Shown: positions 46,300 through 55,549, numbered from the stretch's first letter. The stretch: 64,000 nt of DNA from Candidatus Latescibacterota bacterium (GCA_964291625.2 OZ220089.1:736001-800000); one strand, 5' to 3'. Made by a program: numbers and translations. Notes: generated by a model not told the origin, from the letters alone.

Positions 46300-46684
46300 A
46301 GCGGGTTCAAGGGTTCCGGAATCCGATCTTGCCTCGGTGACCCGGCTTGGCCTCGCACTCGCCGCGCAGCAGTCCGGCGAGGGCCTCCGGGTCCTGCAGG
46401 TGGCCCAGGATCTCCGCGCGGCCCTCGGAAGCAGGTCCTTCCAGGCTCGGCCATTGCGGATCTCGCCCGGCATCTCGGTCTGGATATGGATGATCCAATA
46501 GCCGATCGCGGCGGACATGCAGTCCGGGATGGCGCGTGAAGGCCGTCCGGTGAGGGCGAGATTGATGGCCACGAGCGAGCAGGCGGGCTCCTCGGGGCCC
46601 CCTCCGCTTGAGAGCTCATGGGTCGCCAGGAAGGTAGGTTCCGAGTCGGTGATCCGCCTCCGCGCTCCAGGTTGAGGTGCTCAT
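46300..46684 (-). pseudogene. Frameshifted hypothetical gene remnant
   Basis: GGAGGAGG RBS and ATG 46684 give a 22-aa ORF; a frame change near 46630 continues as LATHELSSG..EEPACSLVAINLALTG..IPDCMSAAIGYWII..EMPGEIRNGRAWKDLLP; left end approximate. Confidence 0.5.
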
Positions 46685-46724
46685 GCGTCCGTGTGATCCT
46701 CCTCCGAGTGCGTCGCCTGAGCAA

Positions 46725-46758
46725 AGAGTAGCGGGGACCCGCGGCAGATCACGTCGCA
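46725..46758 (-). promoter_or_regulatory. Operator copy 4 (degenerate) with the best -10 element
   Basis: CGCGGCAGATCACGTCGCA at 46740-46758; minus strand TGCCGC-N10-TACTCT. Confidence 0.65.
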
Positions 46759-46969
46759 CCCTCCCCATCCAACCCCAGGGCCGCCCGCATCTCCTCCCGG
46801 ACCGCCTCGCGCAGCTCTTCCGGCTCCAGCACCTCGGCGGGGGCTCCGAAGCCCAGGACCCAGCTCTTGATCTCGAAGAACCCGCCAGCCCGCAGGCGCA
46901 GGACCACGCGCCCGTCGGCAACTCCTCCAACTGCCGGCTGGGGGCAAGCGCTCCCGCACGCGGGGCACC
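46746..46969 (-). repeat. Diverged duplicate of the 3' ~225 bp of the WYL gene
   Basis: Aligns with 47400-47628 (e.g. GAAGCCCAGGACCCAGCTCTTGATCTCGAAGAACCC in both), with small indels in this copy. Confidence 0.9.
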
Positions 46970-47027
46970 CGCGGGATCACGTGCGGGCCGGGCGCATGGC
47001 CGATGCGGCGGCGGGCCTCGTCGACGT

Positions 47028-47078
47028 AGGTTTGAGGACGGAGACGTGGTTGAGGTCGATTACACAGACTATCACTGA
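47028..47078 (+). pseudogene. higB: 3' remnant of a HigB/RelE-like toxin
   Basis: RFEDGDVVEVDYTDYH* matches the HigB C-terminus and sits just upstream of higA; the 5' part is missing. Confidence 0.72.
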
Positions 47079-47090
47079 GGAGGCGAGCAA

Positions 47091-47384
47091 ATGGGTATGC
47101 ACAACCCTCCCCATCCGGGTGAGATCGTTCGGTACGAGTGCCTGGAACCGCTGGGATTGACGGTCACGCGTGCGGCGCAAGGGCTGGGTGTGACCCGTCA
47201 GGCGTTGTCGGACCTGGTGAACGGGAAAGCTGGAGTATCGGTGGAGATGTCCATTCGCCTGTCCCAGGCGTTCGGCTCCACACCGGAGACCTGGCTCGGG
47301 ATGCAGATGGCCTTTGACCTTTGGCAAGCCCAGGACCGAGCAAAGCAAATCGAGGTTGAGGACTTCAAGGCTGCCGCCAGGTAG
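47091..47384 (+). CDS. higA: HigA-family antitoxin (HTH-XRE)
   Basis: GAGGAGG RBS; MHNPPHPGEIV..LGLTVTRAAQGLGVTRQALSDLVNGKAGVSVEMSIRLSQAFGSTPETWLGMQ. Confidence 0.92.
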   Translation: MGMHNPPHPGEIVRYECLEPLGLTVTRAAQGLGVTRQALSDLVNGKAGVSVEMSIRLSQAFGSTPETWLGMQMAFDLWQAQDRAKQIEVEDFKAAAR

Positions 47385-47402
47385 TGGTGGGCAGCTACCA
47401 GA

Positions 47403-48380
47403 TCACGTCGCACCCTCCTCCCCCAACCCCAGGGCCGCCCGCATCTCCCCCCGGACCGCCTCGCCCAGCTCTTCCGGCTCCAGCACCTCGGCGGCGGCTC
47501 CGAAGCCCAGGACCCAGCTCTTGATCTCGAAGAACCCTCCGGCCCGCAGGCGCAGGACCACCCGCCCGTCGGACAGCTCCTCCAACTGCTGGCTGGGGTG
47601 CCAGATGCGCTCGCGCACGTAGGGCGCCTGGTCCGCGGTGAAGCGGACCGCCACGTCCATGGGCTCCTCGTAGGAGACCCCGAAGGCGTTGCGCACGCGC
47701 TCGTCGATGGGCAGATGCTCCGGAGGCTCGAACTCCTCCTCCGTCACCTCCACCCTCTCGAAGCGCTCGACGGCCTGGGTGATGAGATTGTCGTACCGGG
47801 GAACCCGGGAAATCACGTACAGGCCGCCGCGGTAGGGCAGGAAGCGCAGGGGCTCGATCTCGTACTGCGACGCCCTCGCCGCCCTCGGCGAGCGGTAGCT
47901 CACCCGGCAGACGCGGCGCCGCAGAATGGCCCGGTCGAGATTCTCCAGGGTTTCGCGGGCCTCCTCGTACGGCTTGTGGCCCCTCGCCAGAGGTACGTAG
48001 GCATCGGCGGCCCTCTCGAGGAACTGGCGCATCTCGGGCGACATGGCCCCGGTCAGGCGGCGGACCGCCGACCGCAGATGCTCTCCGAAGGGCGTGCCCT
48101 CCAGCCCAAGGCCTGCCCGCTCGGCGAAGATCATGGCCGCCACCTCGAGGACCGGAAAGTTCAGAGGCAGACCGGTTTCCTTGTCCAGCTTGTAGTAGAC
48201 GCGCTGGTCGCGGCGTTCTTCGCCGATCAGGAAACCGGCCTCGCGCAGGTCTCCCAGGTCGCGCTGAACCGTCCGTACCGTGACGCCGGGATCCTGCGCA
48301 AGCTCGTGCACCGTCTTGCCGTAGCGCGCGGCCTGCAGTTCCCGCAGCATGTCCAGCTGTCGTACGAGCTGTTTGCTCAC
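47403..48380 (-). CDS. WYL-domain transcriptional regulator (HTH-WYL-WCX; PafB/DriD/YafY-like)
   Basis: wHTH TVHELAQ..VTVRTVQRDL; WYL VSYRS...IEPLRF..YRGGLYV; WCX ERIWHPSQ...EIKSWVLGFG..AEVLEPEEL. Confidence 0.92.
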   Translation of the reverse strand: MSKQLVRQLDMLRELQAARYGKTVHELAQDPGVTVRTVQRDLGDLREAGFLIGEERRDQRVYYKLDKETGLPLNFPVLEVAAMIFAERAGLGLEGTPFGEHLRSAVRRLTGAMSPEMRQFLERAADAYVPLARGHKPYEEARETLENLDRAILRRRVCRVSYRSPRAARASQYEIEPLRFLPYRGGLYVISRVPRYDNLITQAVERFERVEVTEEEFEPPEHLPIDERVRNAFGVSYEEPMDVAVRFTADQAPYVRERIWHPSQQLEELSDGRVVLRLRAGGFFEIKSWVLGFGAAAEVLEPEELGEAVRGEMRAALGLGEEGAT

Positions 48381-48390
48381 GGCGATCTCC

Positions 48391-50775
48391 TCACCTCAGC
48401 AGCAGCATGCGCCGGTGCACCGCCCACTCGCGGGTCTCGAGCCGGTAGACGTAGACGCCGCTGCCCGCTTCCCGGCCGTACTCGTCCCGGCCGTCCCAGG
48501 ACAGGCGGTGCTCGCCGGCCCCGGGGGCGTGGACCTGCAACTCCCGCACCACCTGGCCCGACAGGTTGTAGATGCGCAGGCGCATGGCCTCGCCCGCCAG
48601 GTTCACCGGCACCTGGAGGGGGATCACCGTGGAGGCGTTGAAGGGGTTGGGCGCGTTCTGCTGCAACACCGGGCGGGCGGGGCCCGCTCCCGGGCGAATC
48701 TCCCAGGCTTCCTCCGCTACGACCACCACCATGGCCTGCCCCAGCTGGGCGAAGACGGCCAGTATTTCGGGCTGACCTGCCAAGCCTTCGTAGAGCCGCC
48801 TCGGCATCTCCGGGCGGTAGGCCCGGTCGATCCATATGTCGTCCCGCAGCACGAAATCGCGCCCCATCCAGTGGGCGGTCTCGCCCGTCTCCTCCACCGA
48901 CGTGGCCATCAGCCCGTCGTCGTCCTCGCCATCCTCGCCGTCATCGGCGCCCTCGCTGTCCGGGAAGTCATCAGTGCGTGTGGGGGCGCTTGCGAGCCCA
49001 TCGCCGCCACCCCCGTCCCGCGGCTCGGGGTTGACCTCCACGCCCTCGTCCGGGGCGAACAGGGAGGTCCGCCGCGTCACCAGGCGGTAGTCCAGCCCCA
49101 GGGCCAGGATGTCGTCGAGCAGCTCCTGCTCGGGGCCGAAGCGGGCGATCTGCTCCTCCAGGGCCAGCACCTTCTGGTAGGCCCACAACCGGGGCAACAA
49201 CTCCAGCGACACATCGGTATCCGTGAACTCCAGCGGGTAGTCCACCAGGACGTCCGCCTCCCCCACCTGGCCGCTCACGCTCAGGGTGTAGAGCCCGCCC
49301 TGCTGGTAGCGGCCCACCTGGAACAGCTCCCGGCCCGCGGCCAGGGCCTCCACGCCCCGCGGGTGCACGTCGTGGATCTCCGCCGTGCCGAAGGACAGCT
49401 CGTCCACCAGCAGCACCGGGAAGGTGAAGTCCTCGAACAGCTCGCGAAGGGCCGCCTCGATGTCTCCCTCCTCCGACAGGAAGTGGGACTCGCCGCCGTG
49501 CTCCTCGGCCAGCACGGTCAGGAAGTTCTGGTCCACGTCGCGGCCCACGCCGATGGTGAACAGGCGCGCCCGGCCCTCCGACCACTTGCCCACCAAGTCG
49601 CTCAACGGCCCCAGCTCGATCTCGCCGATATTCGGCAGGCCGTCGGTGAGGAAGATCACGTGGTTCACCCGGCCGGCGGGGAAGGCCTGCTGCATCGCTC
49701 TTCCGAGACCCGCCTCGAAGTTGCTCACCCCCAACGCGTCCTGCTGGTTGATGAAGGCCGCCGCCGACTCCAGGTTCGACCGGTTGGCCGGCACCGGCGC
49801 CGCGGCGAAGGCATCCGCCCGGTGGCTGAAGACGACGATGTTGAACAGGTCCTTCTCCACCAGATTCTCCAGCGCCGCCACCAGCGCCCCCTTCACCGCC
49901 TCCAGCTTGCCCCGCTGCATGCTCGACGAGATGTCGATCACGAAGGTCAGGCTCCGGGGCAGGGGATCGGCCGCGGTCAGCTCCGGCACGGGCGGCAGCC
50001 ACAGGGCGTAGTAGCCCAGGGCCTCGTCCTCCTCCGGCGCGAAGCTGAGCACCGTCGGCAGCTCCAGATCTCCGGTCCGCTGCAGGCTGAGGGTGAAGTC
50101 CTCCCGCGGCGTCAGGTCCTCGTCGCCGTAGAACACGTTCGCCGTGTGCGCGTCGGGACGGCCCACCTCGGTGAGCCGCGGCAGGCCCGAGGTGGTCGCC
50201 TCGAAGACGTGCTGGCTGCGCACGTGGGCGCGCAGCACGAACAGCTCCATCTGCAGCGCCTGGTCGGTCTCCGGCGCCAGCGGGAAGGTGTAGTCGATGC
50301 GGCCGTTGCGCGCGTCGAGCAGCTGCATGTACTCGAACTCCACCCGCCGGCTGCCCTGGGCCGGGAAGGGGAAGATGCTCAGCCGGAACGAGTTCGGCGT
50401 CACCTGCTCGATCAGGGCCGGATCGATGCGCTGGCGCACGATGTCGTCGTAGACCCGCCGCGCCTCCTCCTTCTCCATGATCAGCCCCTGGATCCGCTTG
50501 TCGCCGATCCACAGCACCAGGTCGGTGATGATGGCGCCCTCGGGCAGGGTGAACTCGTAGATCCCCTCCACCTCCCACTCGGCGTGGTTGGTGAAGATCT
50601 GGTCCGTGCGCGTGCGCGCCACCCGCTCGTCGATGCGCACCTCCACGGTGACCGACGTCAGTTCCAGGTGCTGGCGCCCGTCGTCGCCGACGCCGGTGTA
50701 CACGTAGCCGATGCCGAGGGCGGGCAAGGGGGTCAGCAGCAGGGCGGCGGTGAGAAGGATGTGTCGAGAGTTCAT
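48391..50775 (-). CDS. Secreted VIT-vWA domain protein with a C-terminal FlgD-Ig/T9SS-like sorting domain
   Basis: Signal peptide; VIT (QIFTN..EGIYEFTLPEGA..DPALIE); MIDAS DISSSM and FLTDG; tail LQQNAPNPFN...WDGRD..SGVYVYRL..MLLLR. Confidence 0.88.
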   Translation of the reverse strand: MNSRHILLTAALLLTPLPALGIGYVYTGVGDDGRQHLELTSVTVEVRIDERVARTRTDQIFTNHAEWEVEGIYEFTLPEGAIITDLVLWIGDKRIQGLIMEKEEARRVYDDIVRQRIDPALIEQVTPNSFRLSIFPFPAQGSRRVEFEYMQLLDARNGRIDYTFPLAPETDQALQMELFVLRAHVRSQHVFEATTSGLPRLTEVGRPDAHTANVFYGDEDLTPREDFTLSLQRTGDLELPTVLSFAPEEDEALGYYALWLPPVPELTAADPLPRSLTFVIDISSSMQRGKLEAVKGALVAALENLVEKDLFNIVVFSHRADAFAAAPVPANRSNLESAAAFINQQDALGVSNFEAGLGRAMQQAFPAGRVNHVIFLTDGLPNIGEIELGPLSDLVGKWSEGRARLFTIGVGRDVDQNFLTVLAEEHGGESHFLSEEGDIEAALRELFEDFTFPVLLVDELSFGTAEIHDVHPRGVEALAAGRELFQVGRYQQGGLYTLSVSGQVGEADVLVDYPLEFTDTDVSLELLPRLWAYQKVLALEEQIARFGPEQELLDDILALGLDYRLVTRRTSLFAPDEGVEVNPEPRDGGGGDGLASAPTRTDDFPDSEGADDGEDGEDDDGLMATSVEETGETAHWMGRDFVLRDDIWIDRAYRPEMPRRLYEGLAGQPEILAVFAQLGQAMVVVVAEEAWEIRPGAGPARPVLQQNAPNPFNASTVIPLQVPVNLAGEAMRLRIYNLSGQVVRELQVHAPGAGEHRLSWDGRDEYGREAGSGVYVYRLETREWAVHRRMLLLR

Positions 50776-50815
50776 GGCCGGCTCCTTTCGAAGGAGGGGG
50801 ATGGCAGAGGTTCGA

Positions 50816-52798
50816 TCAGTAGGTGACTATGACACCCCGTGCTCTCAGGGCGGGAATGTGTTCGTTGATGGCCTGATCACTGAGGGGGTTGCCTCCCAAA
50901 CGTACTGTATCGCCTTCACCCAGGCCGGTGTTGGCGACCAGGGAACTGATGTCCTGGATCTGGTTGCGACCCAGCCACAGCCTTTCCAAGTTCGCCAAGG
51001 CGGCCAGAGGGCTCACATCGACGATCTCGTTGCTGCTCAGGTACAGCGTTCTCAGGCTGGTCAAGGAGGCCAAGGGGCTCACATCGACGATCTCGTTGTA
51101 GCCCAGAGATAGCCATGCCAAGCTGGTCAAGGCCGCCAGTGGACTCACATCGACGATCTCACTGCTGCTCAACTCCAGCTCTCTCAGGTTGGTCAAGGCG
51201 ACCAGAGCACTCATATCGACGATCTCGTTGCCACCCAGAAACAGACGCTCCAAGTTGGTCAAGGCGACCAGTGGACTCACATCGACGATCTCATTGCTGC
51301 GCAGAGACAGATTTGCCAAGTTGGTCAAGGCGACCAGTGGACTCACATCGACGATCTCGTTGCCACCCAGAGACAGCCGCTCCAAGTTGGTCAAGGTGGC
51401 CAGTGGACTCACATCGACGATCCTATTGCTGCGGAGCTCCAGCGATTTCAAGCTGGCCAAGGCCGCCAGAGGACTCACATCGACGATCTCGTTGAAACTC
51501 AGGAACAGCACTCTCAGGTTGGTCAAGGCGGCCAGAGGGCCCACATCGACGATCTCGTTGTCATGCAGCCCCAAATCTTCGAGTTGGGTCAAGGCGCCGA
51601 GAGGGCTCACATCGACGATCTCGATCGCGTCCAGCCACAGCCCTTCCAAGTCAGCCAGGGTGGCCAGAGGGCTCACATCGACGATCTCGTTGTAACTCAG
51701 GTCCAGCTCTCTCAGGTTGGTCAAGGCGGCCAGAGGGCTCACATCCACGATCTCGTTCTCGTCCAGCCACAGCCCCTCCAAGTTGGTCAGGGTGGCCAGA
51801 GGGCTCACATCGACGATCTCGTTGTAACTCAGGTCCAGCTCTCTCAGGTTGGTCAGGGCGGCCAGAGGGCTCACATCGACGATCTCGTTGAAGTCCAGAC
51901 ACAACTCCTCCAAGCTGGTCAAGGCCGCCAGAGGACTCACGTCGACGATCCCCCAGCCTGGGAGCTGCAACACTCCCAAGCCGACGGCTTCCGCCAGGGT
52001 AACAGGACCCTCCGGCCGCCCCAATGCCCCCAAGACCCACTCTTCCAACTCAGATCCTTGGACCAGGTTGAAAGAAGGGATGAGCACCATCGAGTCTTCG
52101 AGCAGAGCAAGGTCTCTGTCGAATGTGTGTGGAGTGACCTGTACGAAGGAGGCAATCTCCTCTCCCACTGAGCTCCGGTTTCCCAGGTACTCGACCAGCC
52201 TGTCTGCAGGGGCAGGGTGATCCAGGTCAACTGCCAGGGTGATGCTGCTGTCGATCTGTACCGCCACTCGCCCCGTGCGGCCCTGCCAGCGCTCCTGCAG
52301 GAAGGCTGTCACCGCCTCCCAGCCGATGAGGTCGGGGCCTTTCTCCAGCACCGCCAGCTCTGCCGCGCCCGGGTCGATCCGCCAGTCGATGGCGGCCAGG
52401 CCCGCCGGCAGGTCGGCGGGCTCACCGGGCCTCAGCGAGAGGCGCGGGCTACCACCCCCCGGGCGCGTCCACACCAGTGTCTCCTGCCGCAGACTGGACG
52501 GATCGACGCAGTGAAGGGCCACCAGGCTGTCGGGCCAGCCCTCGTATGCCACCTGGATGCCAGAGAGCGCCTGCTCGGCTTCATCCGCCAGGTCCACCCA
52601 CAGGCCGCGGGGGAACTCCGGAGACTCGATCATCACCCGGCCGGCGGCATCGCTCACCGCTTGCGCCCGGCCGGTGCTGTCGGTGCCGGCGGCGAAGGGG
52701 AACTCAGTCTGTGCCGCTGCCGTGGTGGCGGCCAGGACCAGGAGGACTCCGGCTCGAAGCAGGGACGGCGGTGGACCGGTCAGGGCGATTCGGGCCAT
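50816..52798 (-). CDS. Secreted internalin-type LRR protein, 16 x 22-aa repeats
   Basis: Signal peptide; ~270-aa N-terminal domain; repeats LxxLxLxxNEIVDVSPLAxLTx; cap GEGDTVRLGGNPLSDQAINEHIPALRARGV. Confidence 0.9.
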   Translation of the reverse strand: MARIALTGPPPSLLRAGVLLVLAATTAAAQTEFPFAAGTDSTGRAQAVSDAAGRVMIESPEFPRGLWVDLADEAEQALSGIQVAYEGWPDSLVALHCVDPSSLRQETLVWTRPGGGSPRLSLRPGEPADLPAGLAAIDWRIDPGAAELAVLEKGPDLIGWEAVTAFLQERWQGRTGRVAVQIDSSITLAVDLDHPAPADRLVEYLGNRSSVGEEIASFVQVTPHTFDRDLALLEDSMVLIPSFNLVQGSELEEWVLGALGRPEGPVTLAEAVGLGVLQLPGWGIVDVSPLAALTSLEELCLDFNEIVDVSPLAALTNLRELDLSYNEIVDVSPLATLTNLEGLWLDENEIVDVSPLAALTNLRELDLSYNEIVDVSPLATLADLEGLWLDAIEIVDVSPLGALTQLEDLGLHDNEIVDVGPLAALTNLRVLFLSFNEIVDVSPLAALASLKSLELRSNRIVDVSPLATLTNLERLSLGGNEIVDVSPLVALTNLANLSLRSNEIVDVSPLVALTNLERLFLGGNEIVDMSALVALTNLRELELSSSEIVDVSPLAALTSLAWLSLGYNEIVDVSPLASLTSLRTLYLSSNEIVDVSPLAALANLERLWLGRNQIQDISSLVANTGLGEGDTVRLGGNPLSDQAINEHIPALRARGVIVTY

Positions 52799-55188
52799 CG
52801 GAAGCTGCCGGGCAGTCGATCCGGGATCTCGGCCAAACCGGGTGCTCCTGGCCGATGCCAGGGGCGGGCAGGGGGGCCACCAACGCGGCCATGGGGACCA
52901 ATCGCAGTTGGATAGCCGGCTCTCTTCGCAGAGGGCGGGCCGGGCGTGTCGAGGATGACTTCGACACCCCTGGCTCTCAGGCCGGGGATCTGTTCATCGA
53001 TGGCCTGGTCGCTGAGAGGATTGTCCTGCAGGTACAGCGTGTCACCATGGGTCAGGACCCCGCTGTCGACCAGGGAACCGATGTCCCGGATCTCGTTGCC
53101 ACTCAGATCCAGCCATTCCACCCCGGGCAGGGAGGCCAGTGGGCTCACGTCGACGATCTTGTTGGAATGGAGAGACAGCCACTCCAGGCTGGTCAGGGAC
53201 GCCAGAGGACTCACGTCGCTGATCCCGTTGCCACCCAGGCCCAGCCGTTCCAGGCGGGTCAGGGAGGCCAGAGGGCTCACATCGACGATCCGGTTGTTCG
53301 ACAGGTCCAGCTCATCCAGAAGGGTCAGGGAGGCCAGAGGACTCACATCAACGATCTTGTTGCCACCCAACCCCAGTCCTCCCAGGCGGGTCAGGGAGGC
53401 CAGGGGGGCCACACCGGCGATCTCGTTGTGGCCGAGGAACAGCGCCTGCAGACTGGTCAGGGAGGCCAGGGGACTCACATCGAAGATCCCGTTGTAGTGC
53501 AGAGCCAGCCATTCCAGGCCGGTCAAGGAGGCCAAGGGACCCACATCGACGATCCTGTTTCCACCCAGTCCCAGCCACTGCAAGCTGGACAGGGAAACCA
53601 GAGGGCTTGCATCCGCGATCTCGTTGCCCCCCAGACCCAGCCCTTCCAGCGTGCTCAGGCAGGCCAGGGGACTCACATCGGCGATCTCGTTGGAATGCAG
53701 GGACAACTCCTCCAGGCTGGCCAGGGAGGCCAGGGGGCCCACATCGGCGATCCGGTTCTCCCACAGCCACAACTCTTCCAGGCTGGTCAGGGAGGCCAAA
53801 GGACTCACATCGACGATCTCGTTGGCTTGCAGGCCCAACCATTCCAGCCGGGTCAACGAGGCCAGAGGGCTCACATGGACGATCCCATTCCTGCCCAGAC
53901 CCAGTCCTTTCAGGCGGGTCAGGGAGGCCAGAGGGCCCACATCGACGATCTCATTGCCGGTCAGACCCAGCTGGCTCAGTTTGGTCAAGGAGGCCAGAGG
54001 GCTCACATCGACGATCTCATTCCCCCACAGCGACAGCCATCCCAGGCTGGTCATGGAAGCCAGGGGGTTCACATCGACGATCCGGTTCTCGCTCAGGTCG
54101 AGGGTTCCCAGGATGGGCAGGAGGGCCAGAGGGCTCACATCGGCGATCTCGTTGTTGCCAAGATACAGCCATGTCAGGCGCCTCAGGGAGGCCAGGGGAC
54201 TCACATCGACAATGTCGTTGTCCTCCAGGAACAGGTATATCAAGCCGGTCAGGGAGGCCAGAGGGCTCAGGTCGGCGATGTCGTTGTCATCCAGCACCAG
54301 CCGCTGCAAGCCGGTCAAGGCGGCCAGAGGGCTCACGTCGACGATCTGCTCGCCTCTGAGATCGAGCCTTCTCAGGGCGGTGGCCTGTGACAGGGTAACC
54401 CGGCGGCTGGACGTGCCCAGTTCCGTCAACACCCACCATTCCAGCCTGGACCCCGGGGCCAGGACGAAGGAAGTGATGAGTACAATCGAGTCTTGGAGCG
54501 GAGCATGGTATCCATCAAGTGCGTATGGATACAGGACGGCCTCGATGACAGAAGCTCTTGCTCCCAGTGATCTCTCTGCCCTGTCCTGGAGGTAGCCGAT
54601 CAGCCGCCCTGCCCCCTCCGGGCGAGTCAGGTCGGCAGCTACGGCTGTGCTGCTGTCGATCTGCACCGCCACCCGGACCTGCCCACCCTGCCAGCGCGCC
54701 TTCAGAAAGGCGGTTACCGCGTCCCAGCCGATGAGCTCGGGCGCGGTCTCCAGCACCAACAGCTCTTCGGCACCCGGCTCGACCCGCCAGTCGATGGAGG
54801 CCAGCCCCGGTGGCAGGCCGGCGGGTTCTGCGGGCATGATCGCCAAGCGCAGGGGATCCCCCCGGGGGCGGGCCCACAGGAGGGTCTCCTGCCGCAGGCC
54901 GGTCGGGTCGACGGTCCAGATGGCCGCCAGGCTGTCCGCTCGGCCCTGGTACTCCACCTGGATGCCGGCCAGCGCCTGCCCCGCCTCGTCTGCGAGATGC
55001 AACCACACGCCGCGGGGAAACTCCGGCGACTCGATCATCACCCGGCCGGCGGCATCGCTCACCGCCTGCGCCCGACCGCGGCGGTCGGTGCCGGCGGCCT
55101 GAGGGAACCCGGTCTGCGCCGTGGCTTCCGGAGCCCCGAGCACCGGAATCGCCAGGAGGAATCCCGATCGAAGGATGGCCAGATGCAT
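52780..55188 (-). CDS. Secreted internalin-type LRR paralog, 20 x 22-aa repeats
   Basis: Same N-terminal domain (GRAQAVSDAAGRVMIESPEFPRG) and cap; frame runs ~55 aa past the cap and overlaps the next gene. Confidence 0.88.
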   Translation of the reverse strand: MHLAILRSGFLLAIPVLGAPEATAQTGFPQAAGTDRRGRAQAVSDAAGRVMIESPEFPRGVWLHLADEAGQALAGIQVEYQGRADSLAAIWTVDPTGLRQETLLWARPRGDPLRLAIMPAEPAGLPPGLASIDWRVEPGAEELLVLETAPELIGWDAVTAFLKARWQGGQVRVAVQIDSSTAVAADLTRPEGAGRLIGYLQDRAERSLGARASVIEAVLYPYALDGYHAPLQDSIVLITSFVLAPGSRLEWWVLTELGTSSRRVTLSQATALRRLDLRGEQIVDVSPLAALTGLQRLVLDDNDIADLSPLASLTGLIYLFLEDNDIVDVSPLASLRRLTWLYLGNNEIADVSPLALLPILGTLDLSENRIVDVNPLASMTSLGWLSLWGNEIVDVSPLASLTKLSQLGLTGNEIVDVGPLASLTRLKGLGLGRNGIVHVSPLASLTRLEWLGLQANEIVDVSPLASLTSLEELWLWENRIADVGPLASLASLEELSLHSNEIADVSPLACLSTLEGLGLGGNEIADASPLVSLSSLQWLGLGGNRIVDVGPLASLTGLEWLALHYNGIFDVSPLASLTSLQALFLGHNEIAGVAPLASLTRLGGLGLGGNKIVDVSPLASLTLLDELDLSNNRIVDVSPLASLTRLERLGLGGNGISDVSPLASLTSLEWLSLHSNKIVDVSPLASLPGVEWLDLSGNEIRDIGSLVDSGVLTHGDTLYLQDNPLSDQAIDEQIPGLRARGVEVILDTPGPPSAKRAGYPTAIGPHGRVGGPPARPWHRPGAPGLAEIPDRLPGSFRWPESP

Positions 55189-55204
55189 GGAGCCGGCCTC
55201 TCGT

Positions 55205-55334
55205 GGGAAGGGTGCTGTCCTCGATGGGCGGACGTCGAACCCATCCTGCAAGCGGGAATTCTCTGCCCTGCCAGTGTTGAGCGAGGGGACGCGCCCTGTC
55301 GGCCGCCGCCGAGGCGCCTGACAGCACCCCTCCC
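55205..55334. repeat. ~130-bp segment bounded by 15-bp inverted repeats (MITE-like or hairpin)
   Basis: GGGAAGGGTGCTGTC (55205-55219) vs GACAGCACCCCTCCC (55320-55334), 14/15 complementary. Confidence 0.5.
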
Positions 55335-55549
55335 CAAGTCGGGCAAGCTACACATTCCTTGAGATGGCAGAAAGGGAAAACCAGACACTGGCGGGAAACC
55401 TGCCGGATATCCAGTGACGGGCAATCGATACGGGTTTGTCGTATCCGTGCCGGACACTGCGTCCAATGTCGGCAATACGGAATCACCGTACGACGGACGT
55501 GCAGGTCCCTTGGGGCGGTTGCGGAGGTCAGTATTCCACCCTTACTCGT

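Noticed and set aside
40969-47412. Integron attC sites or Xer/dif-like cassette sites
   Set aside because: No RYYYAAC...GTTRRRY boxes and no integrase; the 6-7-6 palindrome with fixed spacing to a -10-like hexamer fits a transcription-factor site better
46746-47628. Diversity-generating retroelement TR/VR pair
   Set aside because: Differences are not adenine-specific and include indels; no reverse transcriptase in the window
50889-54595. Plus-strand repetitive ORFs over the LRR genes
   Set aside because: Antisense reflections of the 66-bp LRR repeats
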